A program made the position numbers and the translations under genes. Positions 37,303 to 43,921 of a stretch of 44,883 nt of DNA are shown here, one piece after another (the stretch's first letter is position 1; every line of letters begins with the position of its first letter). Under the pieces are notes generated by a model, which was not told the origin of the DNA, did not search any database, and saw only the letters and a list, made by a program, of their open reading frames with translations. The stretch comes from a phage. The DNA is taken from NCBI GenBank assembly GCA_030395855.1, contig GCA_030395855.1_4325.1, one strand, 5' to 3'.

Positions 37303-37488
37303 TCAATCCTCAAATGAATGGTAAACATTCGACGCAGCCAAGTCCATCGCAGCACGGAATTCATCCTCTGACTGGAATTGCCTGGCAATGTCAATATCAA
37401 TCTTGCCGAGCAAAACAAGTGCAGTGTAAATCTCATTCAACCCAATCAGTGTGCATTCGTGACGTAATTCATCTTTATCAATCTTCAT
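37303..37488 (-). CDS. hypothetical protein (61 aa), first gene of leftward operon
   Basis: RBS GAGGG before ATG at 37488; conserved element upstream. Confidence 0.5.
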   Translation of the reverse strand: MKIDKDELRHECTLIGLNEIYTALVLLGKIDIDIARQFQSEDEFRAAMDLAASNVYHSFED

Positions 37489-37515
37489 ATCTATACCCTC
37501 GTTGTTGATGAGCTA

Positions 37516-37559
37516 ACTATATCCTCACTAACTCCTAATGTCTTTAGCAAAAAGTGCTA
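37516..37559 (-). promoter_or_regulatory. conserved promoter/operator-like element copy (minus strand)
   Basis: Minus strand reads tagcactttttgcta, 23-nt spacer, TATAGT. Confidence 0.55.
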
Positions 37560-37845
37560 TTCGTTAGATTTATGGATTGATGCAGATATTGCAATGATTC
37601 ATATGATTATTGCACATACAGCAATATTGCTTCCGATGCAATGATGTTTTTGATTGTTGCGAAAAGTGAAATGAAGTGGGGAGTGAGTGAATGAAAGATT
37701 GATGGACTACCATACAAGTTGATTTTTACCAATCTATGGGAGCCTCACGGATATACGCGTATCCTCCGTATACTCATTGTCGTCACAAAAGTTAGTGACC
37801 ACTAACCTACGTTTTTACGCGATATATACACACGATATACAATAT

Positions 37846-37912
37846 AATATCTATATATATCAACCTTTTACTTTATTATTATTATTATTATTATATATAT
37901 GTATACTGTGTA
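37846..37912. repeat. AT-rich repeat block B (same core as block A, with longer (TTA)n tract)
   Basis: AATATCTATATATATCAACCTTTTACT + (TTA)5-6 + TATATAT + TACTGTGTATA; second divergent intergenic region. Confidence 0.7.
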
Positions 37913-38189
37913 TACCGGCAATTGGTGAGATTATTGATATGTTCCGCGCAGATATTCTGACACCTGTCAGAAATGGATGGCATTGTAGGAATAAAAGGCA
38001 CATATATAGGGAATGGCTTCAAAAATCTGTACACATCGGATACGGCACATTTACAACCAGCAATGGAGGGGCCTCTGGAGGCAAAAAGCGTATCCATGAT
38101 AAAATAGACGAAAATATACATTGACCGACACGTAAATAGATGGCAATATAGCAGTCACTGAAACGAAGTAAAACAAACGAGGTATCAAC

Positions 38190-38738
38190 ATGCAGAAAGT
38201 AACACTAGGTGAAGTTATCCGTGAGATGGTGCGCAACGCGATGGTGTCCGAGAGTGGTGAGTTTAAAGTTCCGGTTAGCCAGATATTCAAACTGGTTCGC
38301 GGCAAGGAATACCCTGAAATGGTGTATGACGAAGAGACTAGTGAGATCCTCAACCTGGCAGATAGGGCGATACCGGAACTAAAGAACTCATACATCTATA
38401 ACACAGTGTCGAGAATGACAGAGCTTCGCGATGCTAATAAGCGAGCGAGATATAAGTTCATCTGGATTGATGATGACGGAGAGCAAACAAGGCCCGGTAG
38501 CTTCGATGGTGATGGCGCTGATAAATACCTGGTCATATACATTGAGAACGGCGCGCACTGGACTGGGAGTCGCGAAAAGAAAAAGCAGGAAGCGGAGAAA
38601 GAGGCGGCTATCATTGAAAAGTTCAAGTCTAGACTGCTCAAGCTGTCACCAAGTGTTGCTGGCTTGGAAGGTGAAGAACTTAAGGGCGCTGTTACAATGA
38701 TTAATGCTTATCAGGAAATGATTAAGGAGACTAAGTAG
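38190..38738 (+). CDS. hypothetical protein (182 aa), first gene of second rightward operon
   Basis: RBS ACGAGG before ATG 38190. Confidence 0.55.
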   Translation: MQKVTLGEVIREMVRNAMVSESGEFKVPVSQIFKLVRGKEYPEMVYDEETSEILNLADRAIPELKNSYIYNTVSRMTELRDANKRARYKFIWIDDDGEQTRPGSFDGDGADKYLVIYIENGAHWTGSREKKKQEAEKEAAIIEKFKSRLLKLSPSVAGLEGEELKGAVTMINAYQEMIKETK

Positions 38739-38826
38739 TAGACTACCATACCACTTGAGGTACAGTGAGGAGGTTGAGTCGGCAATTGAGTTCTGCCGGA
38801 AAGCTAAATCACTCCTGAGTGGTGAA

Positions 38827-38869
38827 TAGCACGAATTGCTAAACAATAAATCGGGTAGTCGGTTATGAT
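38827..38869 (+). promoter_or_regulatory. conserved promoter/operator-like element copy
   Basis: tagcacgaattgcta, 22-nt spacer, TATGAT, leader CCCCATCGACAACGAA. Confidence 0.6.
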
Positions 38870-38893
38870 TACCCCATCGACAACGAAGAGGAA

Positions 38894-39100
38894 ATGAAGA
38901 TGATGGCTGTAATTATCGAAGATTTCGTAGGTGACAGCACTGAGGTGTCGGCTTCAGTATATTACGACGGAATAGTGAGCATTGACATTGACACGGATAA
39001 CTTAGGTGATGAATGCACGCTAGCTCACTATACACCAGAGGCAGCGCGCAAACTTGCGGCGGCATTAATCCTGGCGGCGGACGAGGCGGATAAGCAATGA
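38894..39100 (+). CDS. hypothetical acidic protein (about 66-68 aa)
   Basis: Several in-frame ATGs at 38894-38905 after RBS GAAGAGG. Confidence 0.45.
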   Translation: MKMMAVIIEDFVGDSTEVSASVYYDGIVSIDIDTDNLGDECTLAHYTPEAARKLAAALILAADEADKQ

Positions 39101-39360
39101 AACGTTTAATGACATGCATGACCATTATTGCGGCAATGATTGCTCTTACTGGTTGCGAGAAGGCACCAGAGGTTCAGATTCAGTCAGGTGAATTCAATGT
39201 GGAGCGTCTATTCACAGTGGATGGATGTACCGCCTACAGATTCCGAGATAGCGATAGAGCCATCTACTACACAAATTGCCATGGCAGTACGCAGAGTGAG
39301 TACAGGTCCGGCAAGGTCATGAAGAAAGAAACAGTTCAGACAGATCGCACGAATTGGTAA
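39097..39360 (+). CDS. putative lipoprotein (87 aa)
   Basis: Signal peptide MKRLMTCMTIIAAMIALTGC with lipobox LTGC; ATGA overlap with upstream gene. Confidence 0.55.
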   Translation: MKRLMTCMTIIAAMIALTGCEKAPEVQIQSGEFNVERLFTVDGCTAYRFRDSDRAIYYTNCHGSTQSEYRSGKVMKKETVQTDRTNW

Positions 39361-39542
39361 AAGGGGGTTCATCATGACTGGTATAATCCCCAGCATCAAC
39401 CACATGAATGGAAGTTAAGTGACGATATACGAACATAAATTCAGTAGCAGGGGTATTGATATGCTCCTGCACTATATAGACGAAAAATACTCAAAGCTCA
39501 TGCTTAAGACGCATGGCGGCACAATAACGAGGATTAACATAA

Positions 39543-40160
39543 ATGGCTAAAATCATCATTCTCAACGGTCCGGCTTCGGTTGGCAAAGACACTATCGGTA
39601 ACGCGCTTGCTAAAGATTACAATTGCATCCCGACGAGCTTTAAGATTCCTATGTTTGAGATCGCAGCGTCAATCCTGGGCGCTCGGGCGTTCAGCAAATT
39701 CATCACCGCTTATGATGATCGAGATCAGAAAGAGATGCCTCATGATTTTCTCGGTGGGAAAACCTGCCGTGAGTTCATGATCTGGATTAGCGAGTCGGTG
39801 GTCAAGCCGCTATTTGGCAATCAGCAGTTCGGTAAGCTGACGAGCGAGCGCATCCAGCTTTGTGACGAGGGATTTAGCTTTGTTTGCACTGATGGCGGTT
39901 TTCCTGATGAGGTTATCCGTCTGGTGGAAGACGGCCACTATGTTACCGTTGTGCGCCTATTTATGGATGGCAAGACCTTCGATGGAGATAGTCGTGATTA
40001 TATCCGCATCAAGGAATCGCATTTCCCTGATTATAAGCAATATAACGAGCATGACGTGCATCTGTTGAATGGTGATATTGACGGCGGCGTCATGGCAGTG
40101 GTTCGCGCCTGCGGTATCCGTCCTGCAATCGACGAGTGGGCCGACAATATTCCCTGGTAA
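39543..40160 (+). CDS. P-loop kinase, dNMP-kinase-like (paralog 2)
   Basis: Walker A GPASVGKDT; shared FMIWISESV and TFDGDSR blocks with the ORF at 32108..32662. Confidence 0.6.
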   Translation: MAKIIILNGPASVGKDTIGNALAKDYNCIPTSFKIPMFEIAASILGARAFSKFITAYDDRDQKEMPHDFLGGKTCREFMIWISESVVKPLFGNQQFGKLTSERIQLCDEGFSFVCTDGGFPDEVIRLVEDGHYVTVVRLFMDGKTFDGDSRDYIRIKESHFPDYKQYNEHDVHLLNGDIDGGVMAVVRACGIRPAIDEWADNIPW

Positions 40161-40161
40161 A

Positions 40162-40204
40162 TAGCACGAATTGCCAAACCCGCTCCGGCGGGTTTTGTTA
40201 TAGT
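40162..40204 (+). promoter_or_regulatory. conserved promoter/operator-like element copy with terminator hairpin in its spacer
   Basis: tagcacgaattgcca, spacer containing cccgc-tccg-gcggg + TTTTGTT, TATAGT at 40199-40204. Confidence 0.6.
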
Positions 40205-40232
40205 TAGTTAACACCAAACGAGAGGAAAGAAA

Positions 40233-40325
40233 ATGAAGCAATACCCATCAAGCGATCACCATAACGGTCACATCATGCAGTTCTATCGCCACAATCTGAA
40301 GACGAAAGGAGTATTTGGAAAATGA
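40233..40325 (+). CDS. small hypothetical protein (30 aa)
   Basis: Not in ORF track; RBS GAGAGGAAAG before ATG 40233; ATGA coupling to next gene. Confidence 0.3.
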   Translation: MKQYPSSDHHNGHIMQFYRHNLKTKGVFGK

Positions 40326-40552
40326 TTACGATTAACCTGTCAGATAAAGACGCGGCGATGATAAAGAGTATCATCATGAAACCAATGTACTCCACGCTAT
40401 CATTCGAACAGATGCGCGTAGTGAAAGAAGTTGGCGCGCAGATTAATAATCAACAACTCGACGTTAGTGACTTCGAGTCATCGCGTCAATACGAGGCGCT
40501 AAGCGTTAATGCTGCGTACCTGACTAACTGGGATAAGGCGACAAAGAAATGA
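40322..40552 (+). CDS. hypothetical protein (76 aa)
   Basis: ORF track; start overlaps upstream stop. Confidence 0.45.
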   Translation: MITINLSDKDAAMIKSIIMKPMYSTLSFEQMRVVKEVGAQINNQQLDVSDFESSRQYEALSVNAAYLTNWDKATKK

Positions 40553-40686
40553 TTTACATCCACACATACTACACTGGCAAGTTTAATAGCGTTAAGCACG
40601 CCATTGTTCACGATAGCTACGATAGCGCAAAGGCTCAATGGTTGGTTCTTGGCGGCGATATTAATTCATATAGAATCGCTAAATAG
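40549..40686 (+). CDS. small hypothetical protein (45 aa)
   Basis: Not in ORF track; ATGA coupling; stop TAG embedded in the next conserved element. Confidence 0.3.
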   Translation: MIYIHTYYTGKFNSVKHAIVHDSYDSAKAQWLVLGGDINSYRIAK

Positions 40687-40727
40687 CACGAATTGCTAAA
40701 ACAGTATTGGGGGTAATTTGTTATAGT
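40684..40727 (+). promoter_or_regulatory. conserved promoter/operator-like element copy
   Basis: tagcacgaattgcta, 23-nt spacer, TATAGT inside a GGGGGTAA/TTACCCC inverted repeat, leader CCCCATCGAAACGAA. Confidence 0.6.
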
Positions 40728-40757
40728 TACCCCATCGAAACGAACCAGGAATAAGAA

Positions 40758-40970
40758 ATGAAAATTGAAATTATCGACGTAGACTATGTTGCTGATGGCA
40801 ACACGCTTACCCTGGAAGAATGCGGATTTAAGGTTGGCGATGTGGTCGAGGTGTGCGGCGAATGCAATAATGGCGACTTGTCGATTCAGGCAATCCGTGA
40901 GACTAGGTTCGTCAATATCGGCAATGAAGTAAGTATCAGTGAGCATGAATACAAGGTGGTGGAAGAATGA
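40758..40970 (+). CDS. hypothetical protein (70 aa, Cys-x-x-Cys pair)
   Basis: RBS AGGAA before ATG 40758; CGEC motif. Confidence 0.5.
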   Translation: MKIEIIDVDYVADGNTLTLEECGFKVGDVVEVCGECNNGDLSIQAIRETRFVNIGNEVSISEHEYKVVEE

Positions 40971-41146
40971 GATTTCAACAATCAGAACCAAAGCTACAAG
41001 TAAACAACTTCGACGGATGCGCAACGTTCATCATTGCACAGGCTTGCGGAATGCGTGAAGACCCACAGGTTCACACCATCCATATGACCGAGGAACAGGC
41101 TCGGGAGATGGCTTACGAAATTCTTGAGCAATTGAACCGAATTTAA
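40967..41146 (+). CDS. small hypothetical protein (59 aa)
   Basis: Not in ORF track; ATGA coupling to upstream gene. Confidence 0.35.
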   Translation: MRFQQSEPKLQVNNFDGCATFIIAQACGMREDPQVHTIHMTEEQAREMAYEILEQLNRI

Positions 41147-41195
41147 AGCGCCTAAAACGCATTCTAACGAACTATAATTTAAGTAAGGTGATTCT

Positions 41196-41357
41196 ATGAT
41201 TGAGATTGTTTATGTAGGTGAGAGTGATTATGTGGCACTCATTCAACGCGGTGATGTGCTATTCGCAGAGTTGAGTGAGGATGGTAGTTGCTACATCGTA
41301 AAGAATAAGAATGGCGAGGATATTTACCTCTCAAAAGATGAGGTCATCATTTACTAA
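41196..41357 (+). CDS. small hypothetical protein (53 aa)
   Basis: Not in ORF track; RBS AAGGTG before ATG 41196. Confidence 0.35.
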   Translation: MIEIVYVGESDYVALIQRGDVLFAELSEDGSCYIVKNKNGEDIYLSKDEVIIY

Positions 41358-41488
41358 TGGATAACTACGAATCACCAGTAGAGTGGTGCAAGCGAATGCA
41401 GGACAAAGCCAAAACGGGCGAAGATGCTATGGCTTACTACGAGCTGGCGCAAATTTGGATGGAGAGGGAGGACAAAAGCAATGGTTAA
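41357..41488 (+). CDS. small hypothetical protein (43 aa)
   Basis: Not in ORF track; TAATG stop/start overlap with upstream ORF. Confidence 0.3.
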   Translation: MDNYESPVEWCKRMQDKAKTGEDAMAYYELAQIWMEREDKSNG

Positions 41489-41633
41489 CACTTGCATTTA
41501 TTTTTATGGACATGAATTTATTGATGACTTAATGTACTTTCACGAAAAGTATGGCGACACATTCGAATGCGATGGTGACAGTCTTGAGGTTCTGGGAACA
41601 TTCAATAGAGGTGGCAAAAATGAGGCTCACTGA
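41481..41633 (+). CDS. small hypothetical protein (50 aa)
   Basis: RBS GGAGG before ATG 41481; part of track ORF 41424..41633. Confidence 0.35.
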   Translation: MVNTCIYFYGHEFIDDLMYFHEKYGDTFECDGDSLEVLGTFNRGGKNEAH

Positions 41634-41763
41634 ATATGTAATAGCGTGCGAGAGACTCGTCTTCGATATGAAGACTTTCCACTGGTTCATCATTAAGGAT
41701 TTAGTTAAGCCTTATAAGAAAGGCGTTGCGCCAGAGGCTTTTGTTAAGTCATTCTATAAATAG
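41620..41763 (+). CDS. small hypothetical protein (47 aa)
   Basis: RBS GAGGTGG before ATG 41620; stop TAG embedded in the next conserved element. Confidence 0.35.
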   Translation: MRLTEYVIACERLVFDMKTFHWFIIKDLVKPYKKGVAPEAFVKSFYK

Positions 41764-41803
41764 CACGAATTGCTAAATGCAGTCGCCACGGATGGCATAT
41801 AAT
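41761..41803 (+). promoter_or_regulatory. conserved promoter/operator-like element copy
   Basis: tagcacgaattgcta, 22-nt spacer, TATAAT. Confidence 0.6.
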
Positions 41804-41833
41804 TACCACATCAACACAACGAGAGATTGAGAT

Positions 41834-41944
41834 ATGACAAGTTATGGCTCTTACACACTTGGTGAGCTATATGACGCTTACTCATGGGGTGGTTCGGCAT
41901 CACAATGCGATGCAGACGCAAAGACAGTAATCATTGAGGGTTGA
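41834..41944 (+). CDS. small hypothetical protein (36 aa)
   Basis: Not in ORF track; RBS GAGAG before ATG 41834. Confidence 0.3.
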   Translation: MTSYGSYTLGELYDAYSWGGSASQCDADAKTVIIEG

Positions 41945-41947
41945 ATA

Positions 41948-42187
41948 ATGTTCGGACTAAATGAAGCGATGTTAAACGCAGTCAAGGGTCAGGCCAAAAA
42001 ACTAAACGATAAGTATGAGTCACTAGGTAAGCTGGACCGCAAGAATGACAAGTTGGTTGCTGGAGTTATCACTGAGATTTGGGAGCCTGTTTCTACAGTG
42101 ATTAGCAGGGATCGATTTGTTTGGGTGGCTGGTTATTTGCGAGGCCTGGTTGGTCATGACGAGAATGGGAATAGCCTTTATGAGTGA
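41948..42187 (+). CDS. hypothetical protein (79 aa)
   Basis: RBS GAGGG before ATG 41948. Confidence 0.5.
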   Translation: MFGLNEAMLNAVKGQAKKLNDKYESLGKLDRKNDKLVAGVITEIWEPVSTVISRDRFVWVAGYLRGLVGHDENGNSLYE

Positions 42188-42278
42188 GTTAACAATCTGG
42201 TTTATCGCGGGGCTGATTACTTGGGCTTACTTTTTAATCGTTTGGATGTGGATTGTTAAAAAGAGCTTGCATCACTGA
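42180..42278 (+). CDS. small hydrophobic protein (32 aa, putative membrane peptide)
   Basis: Not in ORF track; single hydrophobic helix IWFIAGLITWAYFLIVWMWIV; overlaps upstream stop. Confidence 0.3.
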   Translation: MSELTIWFIAGLITWAYFLIVWMWIVKKSLHH

Positions 42279-42579
42279 CCGGAATTATCTAACATTAACC
42301 ACGTAGACAAACAAAGCCATCCAAGATGGAGCGGCGCACGGAGCGAAACTACTAAGTCCGTTGCTCATTAAGTAGCGTATGCGGCACACATGGCCAGTGA
42401 GGGTAAGTCGTAAACCTCAATAAGTCGGCCCCAAGTCGAATAGTACGAGTCGACGTAAGGTTGCATAACATCCAAGTATGAGATTTATTCTCTTAGGGAC
42501 TTGTAAGACCTAGCGCAAATAGGCAAATCAAATCGGTCGTTTCAGTCGACTCCGGAGCCGTAACCGGAACCCATTCAAA

Positions 42580-42657
42580 GATCTGCTAGCTCAACAGGAA
42601 AGAAGCAACGACCTTCTAAGTCGTAGGTTACTGGTTCGAATCCAGTGCGGATCGCCA
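42580..42657 (+). tRNA. tRNA-Arg (anticodon UCU), with encoded CCA
   Basis: Folded by eye: acceptor stem GATCTGC/GCGGATC (one G-U), anticodon stem ACGAC/GTCGT, loop CTTCTAA (anticodon TCT at 42615-42617), T arm ACTGG-TTCGAAT-CCAGT, discriminator G, CCA. Confidence 0.8.
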
Positions 42658-42672
42658 ATTAAGGAGTTCATT

Positions 42673-42855
42673 ATGTGGGATGTGAAACTGTCCATTCGCC
42701 TAATGGGCCGCTCATGCAAGAATTGCACTCAAGATTACATCGCGTCAGTTGCCGCAATCAGCGCTGAGGATGCGGTAGCGAAAGTAAAAGAGATGTCAGG
42801 CGCTGACCCTGATACTCACAAATTCCTGGTAGCTTACGTTCGTGAGCGAAAGTAA
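42673..42855 (+). CDS. hypothetical protein (60 aa)
   Basis: Strong RBS AAGGAG before ATG 42673; terminator downstream. Confidence 0.5.
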   Translation: MWDVKLSIRLMGRSCKNCTQDYIASVAAISAEDAVAKVKEMSGADPDTHKFLVAYVRERK

Positions 42856-42900
42856 AAAAGTGTTATACCCTCGTTAAGTTTCGTTTCTCTCGTTGTTTTC

Positions 42901-42925
42901 AGCCCTCGCTTGAGGGCTTTTTTTC
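42901..42925 (+). terminator. intrinsic terminator
   Basis: Hairpin agccctc-gcttg-agggct followed by T7. Confidence 0.75.
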
Positions 42926-42934
42926 GTAAGCATG

Positions 42935-42963
42935 TTGACAATAATATATAGGTGCATTAGTAT
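42935..42963 (+). promoter_or_regulatory. sigma70-like promoter (consensus -35)
   Basis: TTGACA (42935-42940), 17-nt spacer, TAGTAT (42958-42963). Confidence 0.55.
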
Positions 42964-43004
42964 TATCTCATCGGGGCGACCCACTAACCAGAAGGAGATT
43001 CAAA

Positions 43005-43271
43005 ATGATGACATTAAAAGCAGTGTACAAAGACGGCAGCGAGGCAGTATTCGAGGTTAAGAACTACGGATATAGTGCGCCTAACGATAAAATTAGCTAC
43101 CACGTCGCAGATGGTGATGCTGGAGATATTCCTATCAGTGGCGATGTTGTTGTTGTTTACGCAATGAACTCAGCGGGTAGCACTATCGGTAAGTACTACA
43201 ATCACAGTATAGAAAGAGCAAAAGCAGAGCAAACATCAAGCCCCTTAATTGGGGCTTTTTTACGTCTGTAA
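43005..43271 (+). CDS. hypothetical protein (88 aa)
   Basis: RBS GAAGGAGA before ATG 43005; reading frame runs through the downstream terminator hairpin. Confidence 0.5.
   Translation: MMTLKAVYKDGSEAVFEVKNYGYSAPNDKISYHVADGDAGDIPISGDVVVVYAMNSAGSTIGKYYNHSIERAKAEQTSSPLIGAFLRL
43239..43261 (+). terminator. intrinsic terminator
   Basis: Hairpin agcccc-ttaatt-ggggct (same sequence as the 18409 hairpin) followed by T6. Confidence 0.7.
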
Positions 43272-43273
43272 TA

Positions 43274-43282
43274 TGGTATAAT
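43274..43282 (+). promoter_or_regulatory. extended -10 promoter element (TGgTATAAT)
   Basis: TGG + TATAAT at 43274-43282, immediately after a terminator and before the small terminase gene; no clear -35. Confidence 0.4.
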
Positions 43283-43305
43283 CTGACCTCAACAAAGGAG
43301 GATTT

Positions 43306-43812
43306 ATGAGCAAAGCAGCATTAAAGATGGGTGAGGGAAATTTCAAGGCGCTCTACAACAAGAAGTATGGCGATATTGCTATGGTGGCAATCAACCGCAA
43401 GTACACGCCTGAGGAAGTTTTCGATTTCGCAGTGAGATATTTCTCCTGGGCAGAGAGCGAGGCAATCAAAGCTATTGAGACGGCGGCTTTTCAGGGCGTA
43501 GTTAGTGAAAACCTTGTACACAAGCCTCGAGTGTTCACCTTAACTGGCCTGGCGCTCTTCATGGGTGTTAACATCAATAGATTCGCTAAATGGCGTACTG
43601 AGGCTGGATACTCTGATGTGATGGAATTCATTGATAACGTAATCTACGAGCAAAAATATCAGCTTGGCGTTGCAGGCATCATCAACTCCACCATCGTTGG
43701 TAAAGAGCTTGGCATTGATAAGCCGCAGGAGATTAAGATTAGCAACAACTCCACAGCTAACGACGTTGATAGCATGAAGGAAGCGCTAGAGTCTGTGATT
43801 AGTAAGCTATAA
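43306..43812 (+). CDS. terminase small subunit
   Basis: 168-aa ORF, RBS AAAGGAGGA, immediately upstream of the large terminase gene. Confidence 0.6.
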   Translation: MSKAALKMGEGNFKALYNKKYGDIAMVAINRKYTPEEVFDFAVRYFSWAESEAIKAIETAAFQGVVSENLVHKPRVFTLTGLALFMGVNINRFAKWRTEAGYSDVMEFIDNVIYEQKYQLGVAGIINSTIVGKELGIDKPQEIKISNNSTANDVDSMKEALESVISKL

Positions 43813-43921
43813 CAATGCGAGGGTATAATATGGTTATTTGCACATTTCTTGGCTGGTGGATGATGGCCAGGAATCTTAACGCAGGACTGCTATATATAGT
43901 TATTAATATGGGGGTTTCTCA

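Noticed and set aside
37777-38124. 115-aa ORF on the plus strand spanning AT-rich block B
   Set aside because: Runs through the (TTA)n microsatellite and AT-rich repeats giving a poly-Leu low-complexity product; no RBS; most likely a spurious ORF in a regulatory region.
687-41803. Dispersed conserved repeats as a CRISPR array or mobile-element ends
   Set aside because: Copies are scattered across the genome at gene starts, not tandemly arrayed with uniform spacers, and no transposase or integrase gene is present; a promoter/operator role fits better.
42279-42579. Second tRNA gene upstream of tRNA-Arg
   Set aside because: No additional T-loop (GTTCRANYC) with matching acceptor stem could be found by eye; only hairpins without a cloverleaf.
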